Origin: Desulfopila sp.
GTDB lineage: Bacteria > Desulfobacterota > Desulfobulbia > Desulfobulbales > Desulfocapsaceae
Direction of reading: 5' to 3'
Length of the DNA: 64,000 bases
Assembly (NCBI GenBank): GCA_047973425.1
Contig: JBKEBZ010000048.1
Span: forward strand, 12,258-76,257
How positions within the stretch are numbered: the first letter of the stretch is position 1; each line of letters opens with the position of its first letter. The notes below the pieces were generated by a model. The model made no database searches and was not told the origin of the DNA. It saw nothing but the letters and a program-made list of their open reading frames with translations. The position numbers and the translations under genes are program-made. Below, piece by piece: positions 10,816 to 21,403 of this stretch.

Positions 10816-12735
10816 ATGGAGAACACCGTATCGTACCTCGTGTTGATTCCTCTATTGCCGCTGCTTGGGGCGTTGCTGCTGGGGGTGCTGTTTCTCCTCT
10901 CTAGCAGATACCGGCCGCTTCCCGAGAAGGTCTACAGTATAGTGGCCTGCATCGGGCCGATTGCCAGCTTCATTCTGGCGGTCTGCGTCTATTTCGGCTT
11001 ACGGGGTCTGCCGGAGGAGAGCCGCTACCTGGTGCAGAAGGCCTTTACCTGGATGGCGGTCGGTGATCTGCAGGTGGCCATGGGCTTTCTGGCCGACCCC
11101 TTGAGTGCCCTGATGCTCATTTTCGTCACCTTGATCGGCAGCCTCATCCATATCTATTCCGTGGGCTACATGGCAAGAGACGAGAGTTACGGCAAGTTCT
11201 TCGCCTATCTCAATCTGTTTCTGGGCTCGATGCTCATTCTGGTTCTGGGCGACGGCCCGGTGGTCATGTTCGTGGGTTGGGAAGGTGTCGGACTCTGCTC
11301 CTATCTGTTGATCAGTTATTATTCCACCGATGCCGACAATGTCACCGCCGGCAACAAGGCGTTTATCGTCAACCGGATTGGCGATTTCGGCTTCGTGCTG
11401 GGCATGTCCCTGCTGTTCTGGGCGATCGGCACCAGTGGTTTTGATTACCTCTCTCTCAAGGCCAATGCCCATCTGCTCACTCCCGGGGTAGGCCTGGCGG
11501 TCTGCCTCCTGTTCTTTGTCGGCGCTACCGGCAAATCCGCCCAGATTCCCCTGTATGTCTGGCTTCCCGACGCCATGGCTGGCCCCACTCCCGTTTCCGC
11601 GCTCATCCATGCGGCGACCATGGTGACCGCCGGTGTCTATATGGTCGCCAGATTCAGCTTTTTGTATGCCGAGGTGCCGGCTGCGGGCGAGGTGGTGGCC
11701 TGGATAGGCATCCTGACCGCTCTGCTGGCGGCAATTTTCGGCTGTTTCCAAAGAGATATTAAGAAGATCCTGGCCTACTCGACGGTGAGTCAGCTCGGGT
11801 ACATGTTCGCTGCCGTCGGGGTTGCCGCCTATTCGGCTGGTATCTTCCATGTCTTTACCCATGCCTTTTTCAAGGCCCTGCTCTTTCTTGGGGCCGGGTC
11901 GGTTATCTACGCCATGCACCATGAGCAGGATATCTGGCGGATGGGTGGCCTGAAAGAGAAGATGCCGATCACCTACTGGACCATGCTGGTCGGCTGTCTG
12001 GCCCTGGCCGGCTGCCCGCCATTCTCCGGCTTTTTCTCAAAAGACGAGATCCTCTTTCTGGCCCTGGCCTCAGGCCATAAGTGGATATGGCTGATCGGCG
12101 TGGTCGTGGCGGCGATGACGGCCTACTACACCTTCAGAATGTTTTTTGTGGTGTTCCATGGTCAGCCCCGCAATCAAGAGGCCTACGACCATGCCCATGA
12201 ACCGCCGAAGGTCATGACCATCCCCCTCATTGTCCTGGCCGTCGGGGCGTTTTTTGCCGGTTATCTCAACGTGCCGTCGCTCTTTGGCGGTCACCTCCAG
12301 GTCTCGGAATGGCTGGCCCCCAGCCTGAGTGAACATCATCCCCATGTCAGCGTCTGGCTCGAAGTGCTGGCGGTGGTGACATCCATTGTGGCGTTCGCTC
12401 TCGGTCTTTACTGGGCCTGGAAAAGCTTTTATCGGCAAACCGCCCAGGAACCCGTTTACGAGGGCGCATCCAAGTTTGCCTACAACAAGTTCTTGGTCGA
12501 CGAGCTGTACCACGCTCTGGTGGTTTCTCCCTACAGGAAACTCGGTGCGGCAATCTCCTCGACCATTGAGCCGTCAGTGACCGATCGGCCGGTGAAGATT
12601 GTGGTCTGGCTCTACAACGCTCTGGCCAATGGTTTCAAGGTTGTGCAGGTGGGATTTGTCCGGGTGTATGCAATCTACATGGTTATCGGCCTTAGCATTC
12701 TAAGCCTGATGATTTCCAGTTCCTTGAATCTGTAA
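10816..12735 (+). CDS. nuoL: NADH-quinone oxidoreductase subunit L
   Basis: GKSAQIPLYVWLPDAMAGPTPVSALIHAATMV. Confidence 0.97.
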   Translation: MENTVSYLVLIPLLPLLGALLLGVLFLLSSRYRPLPEKVYSIVACIGPIASFILAVCVYFGLRGLPEESRYLVQKAFTWMAVGDLQVAMGFLADPLSALMLIFVTLIGSLIHIYSVGYMARDESYGKFFAYLNLFLGSMLILVLGDGPVVMFVGWEGVGLCSYLLISYYSTDADNVTAGNKAFIVNRIGDFGFVLGMSLLFWAIGTSGFDYLSLKANAHLLTPGVGLAVCLLFFVGATGKSAQIPLYVWLPDAMAGPTPVSALIHAATMVTAGVYMVARFSFLYAEVPAAGEVVAWIGILTALLAAIFGCFQRDIKKILAYSTVSQLGYMFAAVGVAAYSAGIFHVFTHAFFKALLFLGAGSVIYAMHHEQDIWRMGGLKEKMPITYWTMLVGCLALAGCPPFSGFFSKDEILFLALASGHKWIWLIGVVVAAMTAYYTFRMFFVVFHGQPRNQEAYDHAHEPPKVMTIPLIVLAVGAFFAGYLNVPSLFGGHLQVSEWLAPSLSEHHPHVSVWLEVLAVVTSIVAFALGLYWAWKSFYRQTAQEPVYEGASKFAYNKFLVDELYHALVVSPYRKLGAAISSTIEPSVTDRPVKIVVWLYNALANGFKVVQVGFVRVYAIYMVIGLSILSLMISSSLNL

Positions 12736-12745
12736 AGGTGGAATA

Positions 12746-14266
12746 ATGTTTGATAATACCCTATCGATAATGATCTTCCTTCCCATTGTCGCCGGTCTGG
12801 CCCTTTTGGTCCTGCCCGTTCGCAAAGAGGTGGCGCGGGTGGCGGGGCTGGTGGTGGCGATGCTGGTCGTCGTCCTTGGGTTGAAGGTCTTCATCAACTT
12901 TAGCGGCAGTGCGGGGCTGGAATTCGTCGAAAAAAAGACCTGGCTCTCCTATGTGGGGATCAATTACAGCCTGGGGGTCGATGGCCTGTCGTTTCTGGTA
13001 CTGTTGACCGCTTCCTGCCTGATGCCGATGGTCTACCTGCTGTTTACCACCAAAAGCAGAGGGTTCTATGGCAACCTGCTGCTGGTGCAGGGGGCGATGA
13101 TCGGGGCGATAGCGGCTACGGACATGATCCTCTTTTATATCTTCTGGGAGGTCATGCTGTTACCGATCTTCTTCATGATGGGGCTGTTTGGCGGGCCGAA
13201 CCGTCTGCCGGCGACTTTGAAGATCACCTTGTACACCATAGCGGGTTCGTTGCTGATGCTGGCGGGGATCATCTATGTCGGCGTCTCCTACCACGCCCAG
13301 AGCGGCATCTGGAGCTTTGACATCGCCGAGCTCTCCAAGCTCAGCTTGACCGGTGCGGGCGCGACCGCGGCATTTATCTTCTTCATGTTGGCCTTTGCCA
13401 TCAAGATCCCGCTCTTTCCTTTCCATACCTGGTTGCCCGACGCCTACACCGAGGCGCCTACCTCAGCGACCTTTGTGCTCTCTGCCATCATGGCCAAAAT
13501 CGGGGTCTATGCCGTCATCCGTTTCCTGCTGCCGATCTTTGCCGAGGATTTCAGTCGCTACGCGATACTGCTCGCCTACCTCGGTGTCATCGGCATGATG
13601 TACTGTGGCATAGCGGCCATCGCTCAGAAGGATTTCAAGCGAATGCTCGCTTTTTCCTCCGCCTCGCACATGGGGATAATCGCCCTGGGGGTGTTCTGCA
13701 TGAACCTGCAGGCCCTGACCGGCTCCCTCTATCAGATCGTCGCCCACGCCACCAGTACCGGTGTGCTCTTTCTCCTGCTCGGGGTCATCGAGGAGAGAAT
13801 GGAGACCAGGACCATTGCCGATCTGGGCGGTGTCGCTTACAAGGCCCCGGTTTTCGCTGCTTTTTTCGCAGTAGCGATGCTGGCCTCCGTCGGTCTACCC
13901 GGCACCAGCGGCTTTATCGGTGAGTTTCTGATCATCCTTGGGGCCATTCATTTCAATACGGTTATCGGGGTGTTGGCCGCCACCACGCTCATTATCGGGG
14001 TCTGCTATATGCTCTGGTTGTTCCAGAGGGTCTTCTTTGAGAAAAGTAACAGCACGACAGAAGGGTTCAAAGACCTTTCCGCGATGGAGACCCTCACCAT
14101 CCTGCCCATTATCATCCTGATTGTGGTCATGGGCATTTATCCTCAGCCGTTTCTGGCGAAGATCACTCCGGCCGCGGCCAAACAGATTGCATCCGTCAGC
14201 GCCGTCGAACGGCAGCTGGTCGATATAAACGTTCCGGATTTGGAACAAACTCAGCAAAAGAATTGA
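12746..14266 (+). CDS. nuoM: NADH-quinone oxidoreductase subunit M
   Basis: FAIKIPLFPFHTWLPDA and LPGTSGFIGEF motifs. Confidence 0.96.
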   Translation: MFDNTLSIMIFLPIVAGLALLVLPVRKEVARVAGLVVAMLVVVLGLKVFINFSGSAGLEFVEKKTWLSYVGINYSLGVDGLSFLVLLTASCLMPMVYLLFTTKSRGFYGNLLLVQGAMIGAIAATDMILFYIFWEVMLLPIFFMMGLFGGPNRLPATLKITLYTIAGSLLMLAGIIYVGVSYHAQSGIWSFDIAELSKLSLTGAGATAAFIFFMLAFAIKIPLFPFHTWLPDAYTEAPTSATFVLSAIMAKIGVYAVIRFLLPIFAEDFSRYAILLAYLGVIGMMYCGIAAIAQKDFKRMLAFSSASHMGIIALGVFCMNLQALTGSLYQIVAHATSTGVLFLLLGVIEERMETRTIADLGGVAYKAPVFAAFFAVAMLASVGLPGTSGFIGEFLIILGAIHFNTVIGVLAATTLIIGVCYMLWLFQRVFFEKSNSTTEGFKDLSAMETLTILPIIILIVVMGIYPQPFLAKITPAAAKQIASVSAVERQLVDINVPDLEQTQQKN

Positions 14267-14282
14267 GGCCAGGGAAAAGATT

Positions 14283-15695
14283 ATGCTGGATTTTACCTTG
14301 ATACTTCCGTTACTTGTGGTAGGAGCGGGGGCGATCGCCCTCATGCTGATGGCCTCGATGAAGACGCTGGGAGAGGAAAACACCGCGATTGCCAGTATGG
14401 TGGTGTTTGCCTTCGCCTTCATTGTCCAGCTGATGGTCGAACCGACGGGCCGGGTCATGCCCTATGAGGCAACGTTCAACGGCATGCTGGTGGTGTCGAA
14501 GTTTTCCGGAGTGGCCGGCCTGATCATTCTGGCCTGCGGCTTTTTCAGCTGTATGATTGCCCAGACCTACTTCACCAGCAACCGGTTGTATTCCGGTGAG
14601 TTTTACAGCCTGATCCTGTTTGCCAGCTGTGGCATGCTGCTGCTGACCATGGCCGCCGAACTGATCACCCTCTTTATCGCTTTAGAGATTATGTCCCTGG
14701 CTATCTATATCCTGGTGGGATATGACCGGAAGAGCCTGAAATGTTCTGAGGCGGTGATGAAATACCTCATCCTCGGCGCCTTTGCCGGCTCTTTCTTCGC
14801 CATGGGCGCGGCCCTTATCTATGGCGGGGCCCAGTCTACTCGTTTCGCCGAGATAGCCGCCTATCTCGGAGCGCACACCTTCCTCTCCAGCCCACTTCTG
14901 GTGGCTGGCAGTGTCCTGGTGTTTGTGGCATTTCTGTTCAAGGCCGCCGCTTTCCCCTTTCATGCCTGGGTGGTGGATGTCTATGATGGAGCACCCCTGC
15001 CGGTTACCGGATTTATGGCTACCGGAGTGAAGACTGCAATCTTCGCGGTAATGGCCAATTTCATCGTCCTGGACAGCGGCTTGAAAGGGACATGGGTCGA
15101 TTACCTGTTTTACGTGGCGGTGTTCACGATGTTCGGGGGCAACCTCATCGCGATCGGCCAAAACAGCCTCAAACGGATGCTCGCTGCTTCCGGTATCGTC
15201 CACACCGGTTATCTGCTGATTGCCCTAGTCGCGGTTGGCACCAAAAACTTTACCGGCAGTGTTATCCTGTTTTATCTGGCGGCCTATGCGGTAGCGACTC
15301 TTGGGGTCTTTGCGGCCCTGTCCTACCTGGGTGGCGAGGGCGAGCGGCGCGGCAGCTTTGACGATTTCAAGGGGCTCGCCAGGGTTCGCCCCTATTCCGC
15401 TGCGGCCATCACCATCTTTATGCTGTCGATGGCAGGCATACCGCCGACGGCTGGTTTTCTCGGTAAATTCTACATCATAACCGATGCGATCAGGGCAGGT
15501 CAGATGGTGCTTGCGGTTCTCGGTATCGTCTCAAGTATTTTGTCGATGTGGTATTATCTGCGACTCGTCATTATGATGTATTTCAAGGAGCCGGAGGATA
15601 CCTTTGAAATTTCCGGGATGTCTCTTGCTCCAGTGGGCACTGTCGTTCTGGCCGTCGCGGTGTTTGCAATCGGTTTCTACCCTGTCTTTCTGTAA
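14283..15695 (+). CDS. nuoN: NADH-quinone oxidoreductase subunit N
   Basis: FKAAAFPFHAW..DVY.GAP and SMAGIPPTAGF.GKF motifs. Confidence 0.96.
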   Translation: MLDFTLILPLLVVGAGAIALMLMASMKTLGEENTAIASMVVFAFAFIVQLMVEPTGRVMPYEATFNGMLVVSKFSGVAGLIILACGFFSCMIAQTYFTSNRLYSGEFYSLILFASCGMLLLTMAAELITLFIALEIMSLAIYILVGYDRKSLKCSEAVMKYLILGAFAGSFFAMGAALIYGGAQSTRFAEIAAYLGAHTFLSSPLLVAGSVLVFVAFLFKAAAFPFHAWVVDVYDGAPLPVTGFMATGVKTAIFAVMANFIVLDSGLKGTWVDYLFYVAVFTMFGGNLIAIGQNSLKRMLAASGIVHTGYLLIALVAVGTKNFTGSVILFYLAAYAVATLGVFAALSYLGGEGERRGSFDDFKGLARVRPYSAAAITIFMLSMAGIPPTAGFLGKFYIITDAIRAGQMVLAVLGIVSSILSMWYYLRLVIMMYFKEPEDTFEISGMSLAPVGTVVLAVAVFAIGFYPVFL

Positions 15696-15818
15696 CGGAG
15701 GAGTGTCACCATAAAGAGTAAAGAGCGAGACCGTCGGGACGAGGTGTTGATGAGGTAAACTTCAGATTGTGGCATGCCGTCAGCAACAGGCACGCTGAAC
15801 AAAAAGGAGCGACGACAC

Positions 15819-16259
15819 ATGAAAGCCAAAGATATTTTGCAGGCCAAGGGTACTCGGGTCATCACCGCTGTTCAGGATACCTCCCTCGTCGACGTGATGG
15901 CAATGATTTTTGCCAACAAGATTGGCTCGATCATGGTCGTTGACAAATATGGCGGTGCGGTCGGCATTGTCTCGACGCTGGACATTCTCAAGGCCGTTCA
16001 CCAGCATCTCGGCAATATTGTCGATCTGAAAGCCCGGGATGTGATGAACACCGATCTGATCGTTGCCACCCCGGAAGATGACATTAACTATATTGAGAAT
16101 ATCATGACGGAAAACCGTGTCCGGCACATTCCGATCATCGATGGCGCCAAGCTTGCGGGACTCGTCTCCATCGGCGACGTGGTCAAGATCCAAATGAAGG
16201 AGGCGCATGTCGAGAACCACTATCTCAAAGACTATATCGAGGGGAAGTACCCCGCCTGA
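15819..16259 (+). CDS. CBS-domain pair protein
   Basis: MTENRVRHIPI..GLVSIGDVVK; AGGAG RBS before ATG 15819. Confidence 0.88.
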   Translation: MKAKDILQAKGTRVITAVQDTSLVDVMAMIFANKIGSIMVVDKYGGAVGIVSTLDILKAVHQHLGNIVDLKARDVMNTDLIVATPEDDINYIENIMTENRVRHIPIIDGAKLAGLVSIGDVVKIQMKEAHVENHYLKDYIEGKYPA

Positions 16260-16496
16260 CAGGCTCTCTGAACGTCGGTGCATTCTGTGCTTGTATTCTC
16301 CCCGCCCCTCTTTTTAGAATGCGCTGACGTTTTCTCTTCTTTTCGTTTTGCTCTGATGCCGTAGTCGAGGCTCTCTCCAACTGTCCGGTGCCTGGATTTT
16401 TTCCGGCAGCCACCCTATAGTGTCAGTTACCGCAAGAAAACCCCGGTGCGGTGCCCGGCACTGTGTCATATGCTGTTTTTCATCGTGGAGAGAGCC

Positions 16497-17555
16497 ATGG
16501 ACCTTTCTTTCTTAAAAAAAAAGAGCCTTACCGGGCTTTCGAGAACCTGTGGTTGAGCGGCAAAAATCGGTCCGACGGACCTGTTGGACGCGTTAAGCGG
16601 CTTTACCACTCAGGCTGATCCGGATCTGCTGGTGGGGATCGAGACATCTGATGATGCGGCGGTCTACAGGGTCACTGCCGAGATCGCCATGATCAATACC
16701 GTTGACTTCATCACCCCACCGGTGGACGATCCGTACTGGTTTGGCCAGATTGCCGCAGCCAATTCGATTTCCGATGTCTATGCGATGGGAGGAAGGCCCC
16801 TTACCGCGCTCAATGTGGTGATGTTCCCCAGCAGAAAGCTCGACATGGGGGTGTTAAAGCAGATTCTGCAAGGGGGGCACGACAAGGTCGTGGAGGCCGG
16901 CGCCTCATTGGCTGGTGGTCACTCGGTCGACGATAACGAGCCGAAGTACGGGTTGTGCGTCAGTGGCCTGGTCCATCCCGAAAGAATCATCAAGAACAGC
17001 GGGGCCAGGCTTGGCGATGGCCTCGTTCTCACCAAGCCTCTTGGTTCAGGAGTGCTGTTCAACAGTGTCCGAGCCGGAAAATTTCCTCTCGCCCGACTTG
17101 TGAGAGAAACTCTGCCGATCATTGCCGCTCTGAACAAGACCGCGATCGAGATGGCCCTGGGCTATGATCTGCATGGTTGTACCGATGTGACCGGTTTTGG
17201 ACTTCTTGGCCATCTGCTGGAAATGGCTCGTGGCAGCCATGCGCATATCCACATCGATTATGATGGGCTGCCCTTTTACAGCGGTGCCCTGGACATGTAC
17301 AAAAAAGGGCAGACAACCGGCAGCAACAGCGCCAACCGGCAGATGGTCGCCAGACATGCCCCGTCCTTTGCCAGGGAGCTCTCCCCGGAGCAGGAAGAAC
17401 TGCTCTATGATCCCCAGACCTCCGGTGGTCTGCTTTTAGCCCTGCCCAAGGAGCAGGTCAAACCTCTGTTGATGGCGCTGCATCAGGCAGGCGTTGGCGA
17501 AGCGGCCTGGATTGGCGAAGTGGTTGCGGGTGAGCCTGGCCTGACCGTTTGGTAG
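16497..17555 (+). CDS. selD: Selenide, water dikinase (selenoprotein; in-frame TGA at 16554-16556)
   Basis: ATG 16497 reads MDLSFLKKKSLTGLSRTCG-TGA-AAKIGP in frame with the 16584 ORF; DDAAVY, ANSISDVYAMGG and DPQTSGGLL motifs. Confidence 0.95.
16557..16583 (+). promoter_or_regulatory. Candidate bacterial SECIS element
   Basis: GGTCC-GAC-GGACC hairpin (16569-16581) starting 12 nt after the UGA. Confidence 0.6.
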
Positions 17556-17603
17556 AGAGTGCCCAGCCGGCAGGGGGCAGTGCCGCTTACCGTTCCCCCC
17601 TCT

Positions 17604-18149
17604 CTACCGGGTCAGCTGTTGCTGGGCCTTGGCGCTCAGTGCTTCGTTGAGCTGCTGCAACTGCAGGTTCCTGCCGGCCAGGCTTTTTGATTTTGAAGAG
17701 AGCTGGATGGCCTGGCTGTATTGCTGCTGATCGTATTTGAGTTGGGCCATGGTGTACCAGTAATCGGCATTGCGCGGCTCAATCTTCAAGGCCCGTTCCA
17801 TCACCATCTCCGCCTGCTGGTAATTGCCCTGGCCCATGGAGTCCTTGGCCGATGCGTAGAGTGCTCCGGCGGCACCCACCGTCGGCACGTACCTGCTCGA
17901 AACGGTCTGGGGAGGCGTTTGCTGGGTTGGCTCTTCTACTGGCGCGGTCAGAACCGGCTGGATGCTGGGCTCGATGACGGGCCGGGAGGGCACGATGGTG
18001 CGGTTGGTGGTCTTTTTCGGGAGAGGGCTTGGCGGGACCACCGGGTGTTTTACCGCGCAACCGGTCTGCAGCAGCAGAAAGAGTAGCAGGGCGGAAAGGG
18101 CGGTCAGGGCGGTACTGGCCGAAAACGATGGGGGAGCTGGTCTGGTCAT
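17604..18149 (-). CDS. Lipoprotein with Pro-rich linker and C-terminal TPR-like repeats
   Basis: Hydrophobic signal ending QTGC; AEMVMERALKIEPRNADYW; downstream of mrcB. Confidence 0.75.
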   Translation of the reverse strand: MTRPAPPSFSASTALTALSALLLFLLLQTGCAVKHPVVPPSPLPKKTTNRTIVPSRPVIEPSIQPVLTAPVEEPTQQTPPQTVSSRYVPTVGAAGALYASAKDSMGQGNYQQAEMVMERALKIEPRNADYWYTMAQLKYDQQQYSQAIQLSSKSKSLAGRNLQLQQLNEALSAKAQQQLTR

Positions 18150-18218
18150 GGCGTTGTCTGTTGTCGTTGGCTCGGGTGGTTGTGTTGAGGTCGTATGCGC
18201 TTGAGCTGGCTGGTCTGG

Positions 18219-20567
18219 CTAATTGAACATATTGCTGATGGAGTCCCAGAATTTCTGGGCTTTGTCTTCGATACTGTCGCGGTCGATCGTGGGGGGGTTG
18301 CCACGGGGCTCCGGTTGCGGTGATGGCTCGATGCGGCGGGGCTCCGTCCCCTCTGTAAAGGGGAGCAGAGTGGTGCCCTCTCCGGCGGCGAAGGTTGGTT
18401 CCATGGTTTGGGTGTCGATCCGCTCCCAGACGATACCTGGCGGTTCGGTCATTTCCAGGGGGCGGGTGCTGATGGCATCCATGACCCGGCCCCAGATCGG
18501 CAGCGCGCCGGTTGAACCGCTGAGCCCGGTGGGGCTGTTGTCGTCTCGTCCCACCCAGACCACCGCCATGTGCATATCGGAAAAGCCTGCAAACCAGCTG
18601 TCGCGCAGATCGTTGGAGGTGCCCGTCTTGCCGGCATAGAGTTGGCTGCCTTTGAAATGACGGCCACTGGCGGTACCTTCCGAGAACACTCGTTCGAGGG
18701 CGTGCTGGAGGAGAAACATCGGCTTGGGGTCCACCCGCTGTTCCACTTCGAGTCCGTACCGGGTCAACAGCCGGCCATCCTGGGCGATGACACCCTGGAT
18801 GGAGCGCAACGGCATGTAAAATCCTCCTGAGGCGATGGTCTGAAAGATCTGGCCGACCTGCAGGGGGGTCATGTCCGGTGCGCCGAGCAGAAGAGAGGGG
18901 TAGGGCGCGAGTTGTTCGGGATAACCGAGGTCATGCAGGGTCGATATCACCTGTTCCAGGCCGACCTTCATGCCAAGGTTGACGGTGGCGAGGTTGTAGG
19001 ATTTAGCCAGGGCCCGATAGAGGGCGATGGTGCCGTGTACGCGCCTGTCGTAGTTTTCCGGCTGCCAGAGTTTGCCGCCGCTCTTGATGCTGACCGGACT
19101 GTCGTGTATCGGGGTCGCCAGGGTGTAACCCTCTTTGAGGGCGGTCAGATACACCGCCGGTTTGACCAGGGAGCCGATGGGGCGCCTGGCGTCGATGGCG
19201 TGGTTGAAGCCGACCGCTGTCGGGTTGACGTCCCCGACGATCGCCTGTACTTCGCCGGTCTCCCGACTGGTGATGAGCATCGCCAGTTGCAACTCGGCCC
19301 CGCCTTTTCGTTTTTGCAGAGGTGGCATCGCTTTTGCTATCTGTTCTTCCATCGTCCATTGGACCTGTGGATCCAGCGTGGTCAGGATCTGCAATCCTTC
19401 GGTTTTCAGGTCCTCCTCGTGGTACTCGGTCTGCAACTGCCGTTTGACCAGGTCGACAAAGGCGGGAAATCGATTCAGGCTGTTTCTGGGGGGGCTGACA
19501 TCGGTCAGGGGCTCTGCCACCGCCTGGGTGAAGGCGGTCTCCGAAATGGCCTTTTCGTCGAGCATCAGCCGCAATACCGTTTCGCGCCTGGCCAGGCACC
19601 GCTCAGGATTGCGCCGGGGATCATAATAGGATGGACCCTTGACCATGCCGACCAGGGTGGCGATCTGGGCGACCGAGAGTTCCTGCAGATCCCGGCGAAA
19701 GTAGAACTGGCTGGCCAGGCCGAAACCGTGAATCGCCCTGCTGCCGTCCTGGCCGAGAAACACCTCGTTGATGTAGGCGGTGAGGATTTCATCCTTGCTG
19801 TACTTGGTTTCCAGGATGATGGCCATCACCGCCTCCTGGACCTTGCGCTTCAAGGTCCTCTCCTTGGTCAAAAAGAAATTCTTCACCAGTTGCTGGGTCA
19901 GGGTCGAGCCGCCCTGCACCATTTTGCCACTCCTGATGTTGGCCAGCATGGCCCTGGCAATACCTGTCGGTGAGATACCGTGGTGGCTGTAGAAATCCTG
20001 ATCTTCGACACTGATCAGGCTATCGCGCAGCAGGGGAGAAATCTCGTCCGGCTTGAGGATGACCCTGTCCTCGTGGACAAGAGGGTGGATGGAGCCGATT
20101 CTGGCAGGGTTGACCCGGAGCGTGGGAATGGCTTGACCGGAGGCGGCTTGCATGGCCGTTATGGTTCTGCCCTGGAAGGTTATCTGCACCGCGGTGGATC
20201 TCTCAAGCCCCGATGGATAGACGAAATCTCTGGTCACCAGGTTGAAGCGCGCGCCTTGGCGGTTGTAGCCCCCGGAACCGTGAACAGGCGTTTCCTTGCG
20301 GAACGCGGCCAGTTCCAGTTCACGCTCCAGCATGTTCGGATCGATTTCCAACCCCTGATACAATTCCAGCGGTCTGGCATAGATGGTTGCCGGGACCGCC
20401 CAGCGCTTACCGGTAAATTTCTCGGTGATCTCGTCGCTTAGCTGACTGATGGAGTGCATCAGGAACAGCCCCCCCAGGAGGAGCAGAAAGAGACAGCTGG
20501 TAAGGAGTATCGGGATGGCGAGGCCGGATCGCGATTTTCGTGTTTTTTTGATTCTTCTTTTGGCCAT
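18219..20567 (-). CDS. mrcB: Penicillin-binding protein 1B
   Basis: EDQDFYSHHG and GGSTLTQQLVK (transglycosylase); SLVK, SYN, KTG (transpeptidase); UB2H-like region. Confidence 0.93.
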   Translation of the reverse strand: MAKRRIKKTRKSRSGLAIPILLTSCLFLLLLGGLFLMHSISQLSDEITEKFTGKRWAVPATIYARPLELYQGLEIDPNMLERELELAAFRKETPVHGSGGYNRQGARFNLVTRDFVYPSGLERSTAVQITFQGRTITAMQAASGQAIPTLRVNPARIGSIHPLVHEDRVILKPDEISPLLRDSLISVEDQDFYSHHGISPTGIARAMLANIRSGKMVQGGSTLTQQLVKNFFLTKERTLKRKVQEAVMAIILETKYSKDEILTAYINEVFLGQDGSRAIHGFGLASQFYFRRDLQELSVAQIATLVGMVKGPSYYDPRRNPERCLARRETVLRLMLDEKAISETAFTQAVAEPLTDVSPPRNSLNRFPAFVDLVKRQLQTEYHEEDLKTEGLQILTTLDPQVQWTMEEQIAKAMPPLQKRKGGAELQLAMLITSRETGEVQAIVGDVNPTAVGFNHAIDARRPIGSLVKPAVYLTALKEGYTLATPIHDSPVSIKSGGKLWQPENYDRRVHGTIALYRALAKSYNLATVNLGMKVGLEQVISTLHDLGYPEQLAPYPSLLLGAPDMTPLQVGQIFQTIASGGFYMPLRSIQGVIAQDGRLLTRYGLEVEQRVDPKPMFLLQHALERVFSEGTASGRHFKGSQLYAGKTGTSNDLRDSWFAGFSDMHMAVVWVGRDDNSPTGLSGSTGALPIWGRVMDAISTRPLEMTEPPGIVWERIDTQTMEPTFAAGEGTTLLPFTEGTEPRRIEPSPQPEPRGNPPTIDRDSIEDKAQKFWDSISNMFN

Positions 20568-20622
20568 AAGAGATTGATAGGTACCGCAGGAAATGTCTGA
20601 TGGATGTGTCGAGGCAATGGCT

Positions 20623-20780
20623 GATGAACTCGTAAAAACACCGATCTACTTCGTTGCAGGTCACAGCAATTCGCTGTGCCACATGTACTACCAAATTGCC
20701 GTTTGAGACGCTACGCCTCGGATAGCAAAGTTTTTCCAGAGCCCATCCTGGTCGAATATTCGACTTTTTTCGAGAGTATC
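20623..20780 (+). mobile_element. MITE family A, subtype 1 (diverged copy)
   Basis: TIR GATGAACTCGTAAAAA...TTTTTCGAGAGTATC; flanks AATGGCT/AATGGAT. Confidence 0.8.
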
Positions 20781-20787
20781 AATGGAT

Positions 20788-20950
20788 GATAAACTCGTAA
20801 CAACCTCAAACCTGCACGTAAGATGGCTAAGTACAAAAGCCTGATATACAATGCGCAGTGGTGTCGGCCAAGCACAGACGTACATGTGGTACGTCGAGCA
20901 GTGGCCGATCCCGCTGCAACGCAGGAGATCGGGCTTTTTACGACGTCATC
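20788..20950 (-). mobile_element. MITE family A, subtype 2 (similar TIR, different interior)
   Basis: GATAAACTCGTAA...TTTTTACGACGTCATC; 7-bp TSD AATGGAT; GTAC-N5-GTAC centre. Confidence 0.75.
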
Positions 20951-21096
20951 AATGGATGATTTTGCCCATTTTACCCGAGAACCCGGAAGAAGGGGAGAAA
21001 ATGGGAAGGGTAGAAAAAACTTTTTTTCTACCAGAAAACCAGATTTCTGCAAGTGTTACTGTAAAGGCCGAAAGGGCCGGGGGGCGCACTTGAGCC

Positions 21097-21177
21097 CGGT
21101 GCGGAATGACACCGCAGTGGTCGGCTTTCCGACCTGGTGTGTGGTGGCTGAGGCTATCTGGTCCAGCCATGCTGGTT
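21097..21177 (+). repeat. Family B hairpin element (partial)
   Basis: TGGCTGAGGCTATCTGGTCCAGCCATGCTGG-TT end. Confidence 0.75.
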
Positions 21178-21191
21178 AGATCTTGACGACG

Positions 21192-21207
21192 TGGTATAAA
21201 GATGGCA
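21192..21207 (+). promoter_or_regulatory. Possible sigma54 promoter of the first nrfD operon
   Basis: TGGTAT-N5-TGGCA, correct GG/GC spacing, but deviates from consensus. Confidence 0.35.
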
Positions 21208-21403
21208 GTAATGTCCGGTAAAGGGATTTGTTGAATAGTTTCATTGATTACCACATTGTAGGCGTAGACGGAGTGTCTCCGGCTGGTCTGGTTTGCCAGA
21301 GTGGTTTTCCAGCCAGGTGACGATCTTTTTCGGTGGGTTACGGCCAGACGTCGCGGAAAGGAGCCAGCCCCAGGCCATGCTGGTGTAACGAGGAGTGACG
21401 AAC

